A DNA stretch of 64,000 nt from Methanobrevibacter sp. Its GTDB lineage: Archaea; Methanobacteriota; Methanobacteria; Methanobacteriales; Methanobacteriaceae. Both the position numbers and the translations under genes were made by a program. The DNA lies in NCBI GenBank assembly GCA_017434525.1, contig JAFRFD010000060.1, positions 2,287-66,286 on the forward strand, given 5' to 3'. The notes beneath the pieces are model-generated. The model ran no database searches. It had not been told where the DNA came from and saw only the letters and a program-made list of their open reading frames with translations. This document shows, piece by piece, positions 39,558 to 48,249 of the stretch. The stretch's first letter is position 1. Each line of letters begins with the position of its first letter.

Positions 39558-39608
39558 AAAAAAGACACCTTGCTTCTGGAAAAGGAGCAAGGTGTCTGTG
39601 TCTTTTTT
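39558..39608. terminator. Bidirectional terminator between tRNA-Gly and thiT
   Basis: AGACACCTTGCTTC...GGAGCAAGGTGTCT flanked by A- and T-tracts. Confidence 0.75.
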
Positions 39609-40216
39609 CAAAGGTTATAGTCAGCATAAGGAGCTATCAATGAAGCAACAATAGAAGTAACGATAATCTCCGGAATCATATATGTAGCATTATAAATCAA
39701 ACTATAGAATGCAGCTAAAGCATTCCCGGACATATTTGAAAGAACCATTTGTCCCCATGATCCTACTTCACCAAAGAACCATTCAGCATATTCTCCCCAA
39801 ACATAATATCCAGAGATAAAATGACATAAAAATCGTAACAATAAACCTGTAATAGACCCATAAACTAATTCTTTTTTGGCGGAACTCAATTTGTTTCTAA
39901 ATATACCGCCAATTCCTAAAACAGTAAATGCAAATATGTAATCAAATAGCAGTTCAACAATAAAAGCTAAAGGCCCCATTCCTGAGCTTGTAAATCCAGT
40001 TAACGTCTGTATTAGTGCAAATGCAAAAGCACCTAAAAAACCCCATTTTAAGCCTCCTCTGTAAGATAACAGAATGATAGGAAGCATAGAACAAACTGTT
40101 ATTGAACCACCATATGGTAAGAATTTGAATTTGGGCCAGATAGAAAGTACAGAAGAGATCGCGACCATAAGTGCAGCTTCAACTATTATTTTTGTTTTTG
40201 AAGTATTTGATTCCAT
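39608..40216 (-). CDS. thiT: ECF S-component thiamine transporter ThiT
   Basis: PYGGSIT..MLPI, DYIFAF, CHFISG..W.EYA and YSLIYN motifs; TPP riboswitch upstream; GGAGG SD before the ATG at 40216. Confidence 0.92.
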   Translation of the reverse strand: MESNTSKTKIIVEAALMVAISSVLSIWPKFKFLPYGGSITVCSMLPIILLSYRGGLKWGFLGAFAFALIQTLTGFTSSGMGPLAFIVELLFDYIFAFTVLGIGGIFRNKLSSAKKELVYGSITGLLLRFLCHFISGYYVWGEYAEWFFGEVGSWGQMVLSNMSGNALAAFYSLIYNATYMIPEIIVTSIVASLIAPYADYNL

Positions 40217-40231
40217 ATAATTTACCTCCAT

Positions 40232-40339
40232 AAAAAAACACCCTATGCCGGGTGTTATCAACACTTCCTACGACGGAATTACCCGACAGGTTCAAAGGGA
40301 CTGGATATAATCCATCTCAGCAAAAGCGCCCCTGTGCTG
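40232..40339 (-). promoter_or_regulatory. TPP riboswitch with a terminator expression platform
   Basis: Minus strand CAGCACAGGGG..GCTGAGA..CCCTTTGAACCTG..GGGTAATTCCGTCGTAGGAAGTGTTG, then AACACCC-N6-GGGTGTTTTTTT. Confidence 0.95.
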
Positions 40340-40369
40340 GAATTTATTCTATCACGATATATGAGAAAA

Positions 40370-41203
40370 TCAAATCTTTTTGCCAATTACATATCGATCA
40401 AGTTGATTATAATCTTTTAGTATCTCGACGTAGCTGTAACCAGATTCTACAAGAATGTTTTTAACTTCAGATCCTTGATCTTCACCAATTTCATATAGAA
40501 GATATCCATCATAATTCTGTTTTTTATAGCAAATCGGTGTCATATGATAATAAAAAAATAAACCATTTTCATTAGCGATAAAAGCCAGAGAAGGCTCATA
40601 TTTAAGTTCAGAATAGTTGGAGTAATAATCTGCTTCACAAACATATGGAGGATTAGATACAAAAAGATCAATAGAATTATCTGGAAGACTAGCTAAATAA
40701 TCAATTACATCATTGTTAATGACGTTTATTTTAGAGTTAAGATACTTTTTGTTTTTTTGTATAAGATCACATGCAGCGGCAGATATTTCTATTGCATCAA
40801 TCTGTGAGGATGAGAATTTGGAATCCAGGTACAAAGCAATTGCTCCGTTTCCAGAACACAGATCACATACTATTGGTTTCTCTATTTTATTTATAAGTTT
40901 CTCAGCTTTTAGTGCCAGTAATTCAGTTTCAGGACGAGGAATTAAAGCTCTGTTATCAACGAATAGATTAAGATCGAGAAAAGGCCAGCTTCCAATTACA
41001 TACTGAATCGGTTCACCATTTTTCCTTCTTTCCAGTGCACTTATAAGAATAGGAACAAACTGATCATCAATTCTTTCTGCGTCAACAGGATTGAAATCTT
41101 TTCCAACGATATGGAAAAAGAGCAATTTAAACTCATGATGAGTTAGTAAACTGCTCTGTATATATTCAGATTCCAAATTAACTAAATCTTGATAAGTAAT
41201 CAT
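40370..41203 (-). CDS. prmC: Release factor glutamine methyltransferase PrmC
   Basis: GEPIQYVIG, LIPRPETE, DLCSGNG and NPPY motifs. Confidence 0.94.
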   Translation of the reverse strand: MITYQDLVNLESEYIQSSLLTHHEFKLLFFHIVGKDFNPVDAERIDDQFVPILISALERRKNGEPIQYVIGSWPFLDLNLFVDNRALIPRPETELLALKAEKLINKIEKPIVCDLCSGNGAIALYLDSKFSSSQIDAIEISAAACDLIQKNKKYLNSKINVINNDVIDYLASLPDNSIDLFVSNPPYVCEADYYSNYSELKYEPSLAFIANENGLFFYYHMTPICYKKQNYDGYLLYEIGEDQGSEVKNILVESGYSYVEILKDYNQLDRYVIGKKI

Positions 41204-42108
41204 TAGACTTTATCCTGATTAGAAGGAATAACTTCGCTAATAGATGATATTGCAACTTCTATCATTTTTTCATCAGGCTCAAATACAGTGAGACGCTGAA
41301 TCAATAAACCTGGAAAAGACAATGCTTTTGACAAAGTATTGTCATGTTTTCCGCAATATTTTATTATCTCGTATGATATTCCCATAATAATAGGAAGGGC
41401 AATAAGTTTATATAATACTCTTTTAATAGTTGAATCCCACGGAACAAAAGAAAAAATGACTATACTTATAAGTAAAGTAATGAACATAAAACTAGTACCG
41501 CAACGTGGATGAAAGCGGCCATATTTTTTAACATTATTTACAGTAAGTTCTTCTTCATTTTCATAACAGAAAATCGTTTTATGTTCAGCACCATGATACT
41601 GAAAGACTCTCTTAACATCCGGCATTCTTGACGCTAAAAAGATATATCCTATAAAAATACATAGTTTGAGAATACTCTCTAAAACAGTTCGAAATCCAAT
41701 CAAAAAGGGAAATAGTGTAGACATTACACTGCAAAGTATTGTAGGTAAGAACATAAATAATCCAACGGATAAGAAACCTGCCAAAACAGCAACTAAATAG
41801 TTTATGACCTTATTATTTTCTCCAAAATGCTTTTTAATCCACTGATCAAATTTATCTTCCTCTTCATCAGGAAATGCTATCTCTGATGATCTCATTAATT
41901 GCTTATATCCTGTTTCCAGAGAAATAATGAATGCCGCTATTCCGCGGATTATCGGTATCTTGTCATATTTATTTATTCTTGTCGGGATTGTTTCTTTAAG
42001 AATAGAACCATCAGGTTTCCGGACTGCTAAACATGTAACTTCCGGTCCTCTCATTGAGATACCTTCCATTACAGCTTGCCCGCCGATTGAAGTTCTAAAT
42101 GAACCCAT
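41203..42108 (-). CDS. DUF1385 membrane protein (YqhQ-like)
   Basis: IGGQAVMEG, FQYHGAEHK and HPRCGTSF motifs. Confidence 0.9.
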   Translation of the reverse strand: MGSFRTSIGGQAVMEGISMRGPEVTCLAVRKPDGSILKETIPTRINKYDKIPIIRGIAAFIISLETGYKQLMRSSEIAFPDEEEDKFDQWIKKHFGENNKVINYLVAVLAGFLSVGLFMFLPTILCSVMSTLFPFLIGFRTVLESILKLCIFIGYIFLASRMPDVKRVFQYHGAEHKTIFCYENEEELTVNNVKKYGRFHPRCGTSFMFITLLISIVIFSFVPWDSTIKRVLYKLIALPIIMGISYEIIKYCGKHDNTLSKALSFPGLLIQRLTVFEPDEKMIEVAISSISEVIPSNQDKV

Positions 42109-42122
42109 ATATATAAATCTCC

Positions 42123-43568
42123 TTATAACTTCTTAATGATAAAAGTAAGTGTGACAGTTGTACCTTTATCTATCTGACTTTCTATAGATAATGTTCCATT
42201 ATGTGCTTCCATAATCTCTTTTGATATCGAAAGGCCAATGCCGGTTCCGTATACAGAATTTGATGCTCGATAGAATTTTTCTGTTACCTTACTGATTTCA
42301 TCTTCAGGAATACCTGATCCATGGTCTTCTATAGATATATGAACCTGATCATTATCTATATTTACAAAAACATTGATATCCTGTTGAGATGAATTGGAGT
42401 ATTTGATTGCATTATCAAGAATATTTACTAGTACTTGCTTAATCCTGTTTTTATCTCCGTTGATTATTATTTCATCATACGGTGCATCATAATTTACTTT
42501 TATTCCCAGCTTGTTTGCTCTTTGTTGGACAGTGTTTACTGCATCGTTTAACTCATCAAGCAAATCAAGATCTTCAAAGTAATAATTCAGCTCACTTTTT
42601 CCTTCCAGTCTGGAGAAATCAAGCAGATCTTCTACCATAACAGACAATCTTTCAGTTTCATTAATAATTATCTCCATTCCTTGTGAAAACAACTGATGAT
42701 CTTCGTTGCCGATGGAGTTTAATGTTTCACCCCAACCCTTGATAGAAGTCAAAGGAGTGCGTATCTCATGTGAAATAGAAGAAATAAAATCATTCTTCAA
42801 TCTGTTGGAACTCTCAAGGGCTGCAGCCATGTCATCAATGCTTTCAACCAGATCTCCAATCTCGCCAGAATATGCATCGCCAATTCTTGTGTTAAAATCT
42901 CCTTTTGCAATTTGGCCTGCAACAGCTCCTATTTTTTTAAGAGGAAAAGTAATTGATTGGACAAAGAAAATACCGGTAATCGTTACCAGAAGCAAAATGA
43001 TTCCACCAAGTCCAAAAAACAATTTTGTTGTATCATTGATTTCTTTATCTATTTCAGATAGGCTCGATACTATCCTTATAGCAGCAGCATCACCATAATC
43101 ATTTGTAAGTACTCTGGTTATTGCCATAATATGTTCTTTTGTTTTATCTTTTTCGTCACTTGAAAAAAGAAAAGTATGATCCGGTGAAGCAGAAGCAGCA
43201 TTATATTCAATTATTGTAGATTCGTCTTTTACCTCAAATCCACTGGATGTGACAAGTATATTTCCTTCTTTATCAAGGATCATAAATTCAAATTGATCTT
43301 TCTCAGCAAAATCTTCTACGAGACCGACAATTCCATCATATCTGTCTCTTTTAGAAATAGACTGTGAAGGAAGAAGAGAAATAGTTGACCTTATTCTGAA
43401 GTCTATGGCCTGTTCGGCCATAGAATAATAATTTAGTTTTGTTATATATCTCAAAGCAAAACAAGAGACTAAAACAGTCAAGAGCGTTGGAATAAAAGTA
43501 ACATAAATCCAACGCTCAGCAATACTACCTGGATGATATCTTCTGTTTTGAACTCCGTTTTTTCTCAT
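42123..43568 (-). CDS. Sensor histidine kinase (HAMP, HisKA, HATPase)
   Basis: Two TMs; SHEIRTPL, NILDNAIKY, DHGSGI and GTGIGL motifs. Confidence 0.94.
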   Translation of the reverse strand: MRKNGVQNRRYHPGSIAERWIYVTFIPTLLTVLVSCFALRYITKLNYYSMAEQAIDFRIRSTISLLPSQSISKRDRYDGIVGLVEDFAEKDQFEFMILDKEGNILVTSSGFEVKDESTIIEYNAASASPDHTFLFSSDEKDKTKEHIMAITRVLTNDYGDAAAIRIVSSLSEIDKEINDTTKLFFGLGGIILLLVTITGIFFVQSITFPLKKIGAVAGQIAKGDFNTRIGDAYSGEIGDLVESIDDMAAALESSNRLKNDFISSISHEIRTPLTSIKGWGETLNSIGNEDHQLFSQGMEIIINETERLSVMVEDLLDFSRLEGKSELNYYFEDLDLLDELNDAVNTVQQRANKLGIKVNYDAPYDEIIINGDKNRIKQVLVNILDNAIKYSNSSQQDINVFVNIDNDQVHISIEDHGSGIPEDEISKVTEKFYRASNSVYGTGIGLSISKEIMEAHNGTLSIESQIDKGTTVTLTFIIKKL

Positions 43569-44254
43569 TCAGCACTCCAACGGTATCCATATCCCCATAC
43601 GGTTTGAATATATGTAGGTTTGCTGGGATCATCTTCAACTTTCATACGTAAACGTCTGATATTTACGTCGACTATCTTTACATCACCGTAGTAATTTTCA
43701 CCCCATACTGCATTTAGTATGGTTTCTCTATTTAAGGCAGTTCCTGGATTTTTAAAGAAAAACTCCATTATTTGATATTCTACTTGAGTCAAATCGAGGG
43801 TATCGTTGTTTTTCAATACACGTCTTGCCTTATTATCTAAAGTAAAACGTCCTTGATGTATTACAGCTTCAGAGCCAACAGATGGACGAACTCTGCGTAA
43901 AACTGCTTCTACTCTGGCAAGAAGTTCATTTATGCTAAATGGTTTTGTCATATAATCATCAGCGCCAGAAGATAGACCCTCTATCTTATCACTCTCCTGA
44001 ACTTTTGCAGTTAAAAGAATTATCCCAATGTTTTGATTGGAAGATCTTAATCTTTTGCAAAGTGATATTCCATCCATATTAGGAAGCATAATATCAAGCA
44101 ATGCCAACTGAAAATCAGTCGGAGACTCTTCATAAATCTCAAGAGCCCTTTCTGCAGTTGGTGCTCGAAAGACATCATATCCAGCACGAGTAAGATTAAG
44201 TGCTATAAGCTCTCTGATAGCATATTCATCTTCAACTACTAAGATTTTGTCCAT
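43565..44254 (-). CDS. OmpR-family response regulator
   Basis: VVEDE, LLDIMLP, GADDYMTKPF and TVWGYGY motifs. Confidence 0.95.
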   Translation of the reverse strand: MDKILVVEDEYAIRELIALNLTRAGYDVFRAPTAERALEIYEESPTDFQLALLDIMLPNMDGISLCKRLRSSNQNIGIILLTAKVQESDKIEGLSSGADDYMTKPFSINELLARVEAVLRRVRPSVGSEAVIHQGRFTLDNKARRVLKNNDTLDLTQVEYQIMEFFFKNPGTALNRETILNAVWGENYYGDVKIVDVNIRRLRMKVEDDPSKPTYIQTVWGYGYRWSAE

Positions 44255-44267
44255 AATGACCTCCAGA

Positions 44268-45542
44268 TTAGCTAAATACTTTAAAGGATTTTGTTATAAA
44301 GGATTCGTCCTTTGCAGAAATATCATTGTCAAACATATAATAACGTGAAGTACCGTTTGTACCTACTAAATAGTAACCTTCTTTTACATAATCCATTATA
44401 TCGTCATCAACTGATAGAAGAACAATGGACACGATTAATTGTTCATTAATCTCATCCCATATTTCATAAGTGTTATCGTTTACCCTTATAACATCACAAT
44501 ATGGCAACCAGGAAGCAGGGAATGAAAATAGAAAACCTAATTCATCAGAATAATAAGATGGGTTTTCAAAAACTACTGCATTATCATCAACAGTATACCA
44601 ATATACCCATTTATCTGGATGCAAAACTTCAGAGTTTGGGGATATGGAAGAAGGAATACACGTATTGTTATTAAAATCAGTACAAATAAGGCGACTGTCA
44701 AAAGTACGGTAAGATAACTTTAATAAATCGATACCGTCACCGATTTCCGCTCGGGTCAATCTGCTGTTATCTTCGGATAAAGTGAATACCTCTGTCTGAT
44801 AACCAGTAGCTGTACTTTCATCTATAAATAATGCGTTTACATCGTTTTTGAAATGGCCAGTTTGAAGTGAAATGATTTCTGCTACATCTTGGTTAAGATT
44901 ATATTGTGACCGCGAGAATATTGTAGTCTCATTGGATTGCACATATTTTAATGAGTAACTGCTGTCAGCAGTTGCAGGAACGATATAACAGAATTCAAAT
45001 GAGTCACTATTATCAAGATCTAAAACGATCATATCAAGAGAGTTTTCTTCGAATCCAATTTCCAGCTGTGAATCAATATAGGTATAAACTGATACTGTGT
45101 TGCTGCTTTTGCTCGGAGAGATCCATTCAATTAAAACCGCATCTTCAGCTACAAGAGAACTAAGATAAAAAACACTGTTTATACTGTCTCCAAAACCTTC
45201 AGAGGTAGAAGAAACATAATAACTATTGTCTTCGTTTTTCTCTAATATGGATATGTATGCATTAAGGCTTTCACTAACGACTTTGTAAAAAGCAATTATC
45301 TCATCTTCACCGTCACTGTCTATATCGTATTTTTGAATAGCAGATCTGTTGGAGCCTGTAAGAGGATAAACAAACGAAATACGATTGGAACGACCGGCTT
45401 CTAATGCATTAAGTACAGACAACTGCTCATCGCTTAATGATGGAGCAACTAGAAGATCTTCTACAGAAGGATTAAAAGTGCATGCAGAAAGAATAGGGGA
45501 AATAGCAATGATTAAAAACAAGCAAATAATCTTTTTTATCAA
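44268..45542 (-). CDS. Acidic lipoprotein upstream of the two-component system
   Basis: Lipobox ILSAC; DIDSDGEDE and DLDNSD Ca-binding-like loops; GGAGG SD and TTG start. Confidence 0.75.
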   Translation of the reverse strand: MIKKIICLFLIIAISPILSACTFNPSVEDLLVAPSLSDEQLSVLNALEAGRSNRISFVYPLTGSNRSAIQKYDIDSDGEDEIIAFYKVVSESLNAYISILEKNEDNSYYVSSTSEGFGDSINSVFYLSSLVAEDAVLIEWISPSKSSNTVSVYTYIDSQLEIGFEENSLDMIVLDLDNSDSFEFCYIVPATADSSYSLKYVQSNETTIFSRSQYNLNQDVAEIISLQTGHFKNDVNALFIDESTATGYQTEVFTLSEDNSRLTRAEIGDGIDLLKLSYRTFDSRLICTDFNNNTCIPSSISPNSEVLHPDKWVYWYTVDDNAVVFENPSYYSDELGFLFSFPASWLPYCDVIRVNDNTYEIWDEINEQLIVSIVLLSVDDDIMDYVKEGYYLVGTNGTSRYYMFDNDISAKDESFITKSFKVFS

Positions 45543-45660
45543 TTATTGTTACCTCCCTCAATATTTCTTTTATTTTATGTCTTTTAAGTATTATCGTCAA
45601 ACAATTGACCATCTATGATATATTTGTATTAATATTGCAGACGACAGAAAGAGATCATCA

Positions 45661-45972
45661 ATGTATCAAATTGTTATTGGTTTATATCTTTTATATAATG
45701 CCAAAAATAATCTTAGTAAACTGTTTTCATTAGGATATGGAATAAGTTCTTTTAGCAAATTAGACTGGGTACTGTTGGTATTAACAGTGCTGATGATCCC
45801 TTTGGGAATACTTATGCTGATAAAAGGGTATAATGAAATAAAAGTCAGAAAAGAGAAGGAACAAGAAACGTTAGAAGAAGCAGCAAGGAAAAAAGAAGAC
45901 TTATATTCAGAATTCTCTGATAAAGTAGATATTACCGACATGAACGATTCAGAATCGAAGTTTGATAGCTGA
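45661..45972 (+). CDS. Small hypothetical membrane protein
   Basis: Two hydrophobic segments and a charged tail; fills the gap between a divergent promoter region and the tRNA promoter. Confidence 0.6.
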   Translation: MYQIVIGLYLLYNAKNNLSKLFSLGYGISSFSKLDWVLLVLTVLMIPLGILMLIKGYNEIKVRKEKEQETLEEAARKKEDLYSEFSDKVDITDMNDSESKFDS

Positions 45973-46032
45973 TTATTAAATTCTACTTAATTGACAAAGT
46001 ATGCTTTCATATTTATAATAATCTTTGCTTTT

Positions 46033-46108
46033 GGGCCCGTGGCTCAGTTGGGAGAGCGTCGCGTTCGCATCGCGGAGGCCGAGGGTTCGAATCCCTTCGG
46101 GTCCACCA
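46033..46108 (+). tRNA. tRNA-Ala(CGC)
   Basis: G3:U70 pair; anticodon arm TCGCG-TT-CGC-AT-CGCGG; promoter TTGACA-17-TATAAT at 45991..46019. Confidence 0.95.
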
Positions 46109-46147
46109 AAAAGTCCTTACTCTTTTAATTGAGTAAGGACTTTTTTT
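46108..46147 (+). terminator. Terminator after tRNA-Ala
   Basis: AAAAAGTCCTTACTC-N8-GAGTAAGGACTTTTTTT. Confidence 0.88.
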
Positions 46148-46295
46148 ATGGATTATTTAAAAGCAAAAACAATCACAAAAGATGTAAAGGTATTTAGCAT
46201 TACATGCATATAGAGTGATATTTAACTTTAAAAACAGTAATTATATAACTAGAATAAATATATAAATCATATTTTTTTAAATATATAGGTAAAAT

Positions 46296-46802
46296 ATGGA
46301 AGGTAATACTATTTACATAAATTCGAACGTTTATTTAGTTATTAATCTATTGGGAAAAGGAAAAGGCGGTTATTCTTATCTGGTTTCCGATGGACATGAT
46401 AAATATGTCATAAAGCAAATTCATCATGAACCATGTGATTATTATAGTTTTGGTAATAAATTGGAATCTGAAATTAATGATTATGAAATCCTAAATAACC
46501 TAGGTATCCCTATGCCTAAAATGATAGAAATAGATTACTCAAATGAACGGATTTTAAAAGAATATATTAAGGGAGAAACTGTTGCTCAGCTTTTAGATAA
46601 AAAAGTATATGATCCCTCCTGGATAAAGCAAATTAAAGATATGTGTGACATTTTATATCCTGCAGGTATCAATATAGATTATTATCCAACAAATTTTGTG
46701 CTTAATGATAAAACTCTATTTTATATTGATTATGAATGCAATCAATATATAGAGGAATGGGATTTTGAGCATTGGGGAATTCAATACTGGAGTATTAAAT
46801 AG
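46296..46802 (+). CDS. Small protein-kinase-like fold protein
   Basis: LGKGKGG Gly-loop, YVIK, NIDYYPTN catalytic-loop-like segment and IDYE. Confidence 0.7.
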   Translation: MEGNTIYINSNVYLVINLLGKGKGGYSYLVSDGHDKYVIKQIHHEPCDYYSFGNKLESEINDYEILNNLGIPMPKMIEIDYSNERILKEYIKGETVAQLLDKKVYDPSWIKQIKDMCDILYPAGINIDYYPTNFVLNDKTLFYIDYECNQYIEEWDFEHWGIQYWSIK

Positions 46803-46835
46803 TTATATTTTAATAATTGTTTAAGGATAAATACA

Positions 46836-47366
46836 ATGAATCACTTTATCGGTCATTTGCATACCGTTCTAATTCACAAAAAAGAAGTATACATTCTTTG
46901 TAAAAAATGTGGTATTCCAATGCAAGGAATCTGCCATGATCTTTCAAAGTTCTCTTTTCAGGAATTTCTACCTGGAGTGAAATATTGGACAGGAAATGCC
47001 AGTCCTCAGGTAGGTGAAAGAAAAGATCTTGGATATTCCGAAGCTTGGCTACATCATAAAGGTAGAAACAAGCACCATTTTGAATATTGGACAGATTATG
47101 TTGAGGGAAAAGGTGTATGTGCTATTCAAATGCCAAATAAATGGTTCGTAGAAATGGTTTGTGACAGAATAGCTGCTTGTAAAGTTTATCTTGGAGATAA
47201 ATATACCGACTCGTCGGCTCTGGAGTATTACTACAAGGCGAGGAGCAATTATTTAATAAATGAAAAAACTGCATATGATCTGGAAACCGTATTAAAGTTC
47301 CTTGCTTTAAATGGGGAAGACAAGACTGCAATCTATTTAAAGGAAAATTATATTAACAATAAGTAA
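46836..47366 (+). CDS. DUF5662 family protein (HD-like)
   Basis: HK..V, HDLSK, AWLHHKGRNKHH and EMVCDRIAA motifs. Confidence 0.8.
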   Translation: MNHFIGHLHTVLIHKKEVYILCKKCGIPMQGICHDLSKFSFQEFLPGVKYWTGNASPQVGERKDLGYSEAWLHHKGRNKHHFEYWTDYVEGKGVCAIQMPNKWFVEMVCDRIAACKVYLGDKYTDSSALEYYYKARSNYLINEKTAYDLETVLKFLALNGEDKTAIYLKENYINNK

Positions 47367-47426
47367 AAACTATACAAATAAAAAAGAATGGAATAGAATA
47401 AATAAAAAGTGTGGAGGTTTTATGTC

Positions 47427-48041
47427 ATGAATGTAATCACTATTGGAATAGCTGGCGGAACAGGCAGCGGCAAGACCACGATCACTAAACGAATAGTTGG
47501 TGAATTCGGCGATGATGTTACTGTGATTAACTATGACAACTATTACAAAGCCCATAACGATATGACATATGAAGAACGGTCAAAGCTTAATTATGACCAT
47601 CCTGATGCTTTTGATACAGATTTATTTTTGGAAGATTTAAAAGCGCTGAAAGAAGGCCGTTCAGTAAATGGTCCCACATATGATTTTACTATCCATAATA
47701 GAAGCAGCCAGAAGATACTTTTAAAACCGGCAAAAGTTATAGTCGTTGAGGGTATTTTGATTTTTGCCAGCAAACAGATATGCGATTTGCTTGACATAAA
47801 GCTGTTTGTCGATACAGATGCAGATGAAAGAATAATTCGTAGAATCTTACGCGATGTGAAGAGCAGAGGAAGAACTCTGGAATCAGTCACTGATCAGTAT
47901 CTGACTACTGTTAAACCTATGCATGAACAATTTGTTGAGCCCAGCAAAAGATGTGCTGATATTGTTGTTCTTGGCGGTGGACATAACATTGTAGCTTTAG
48001 AGATGATTTTTGACCGTATTCGTAATCATTTGATTCAATAA
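47427..48041 (+). CDS. udk: Uridine kinase
   Basis: GIAGGTGSGKTT, NYDHPDAFD and RRILRD..RGR motifs; GGAGG SD. Confidence 0.95.
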   Translation: MNVITIGIAGGTGSGKTTITKRIVGEFGDDVTVINYDNYYKAHNDMTYEERSKLNYDHPDAFDTDLFLEDLKALKEGRSVNGPTYDFTIHNRSSQKILLKPAKVIVVEGILIFASKQICDLLDIKLFVDTDADERIIRRILRDVKSRGRTLESVTDQYLTTVKPMHEQFVEPSKRCADIVVLGGGHNIVALEMIFDRIRNHLIQ

Positions 48042-48102
48042 AATAATAATATTGTCATTTGTTGACATACTATTATCTGTTGGATATAATCATTATTGTT
48101 TC

Positions 48103-48189
48103 GCGGGTATGGCGGAATAGGCAGACGCGCTAGATTCAGGTTCTAGTCGGGGCAACTCGGTGGAGGTTCAAGTCCTCTTACCCGCACCA
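48103..48189 (+). tRNA. tRNA-Leu(CAG)
   Basis: Long variable arm; anticodon arm CTAGA-TT-CAG-GT-TCTAG; promoter TTGACA-17-TATAAT at 48062..48090. Confidence 0.96.
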
Positions 48190-48249
48190 TAATAGACCTT
48201 GTTAGGATTATTCCTTCAAGGCCTATTCTTTTTATGAGGAAAATACTTA

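Noticed and set aside
40217-40464. ORF 40252..40464 (+) and the N-terminal extension of thiT
   Set aside because: They overlap the TPP riboswitch and its terminator; not coding.
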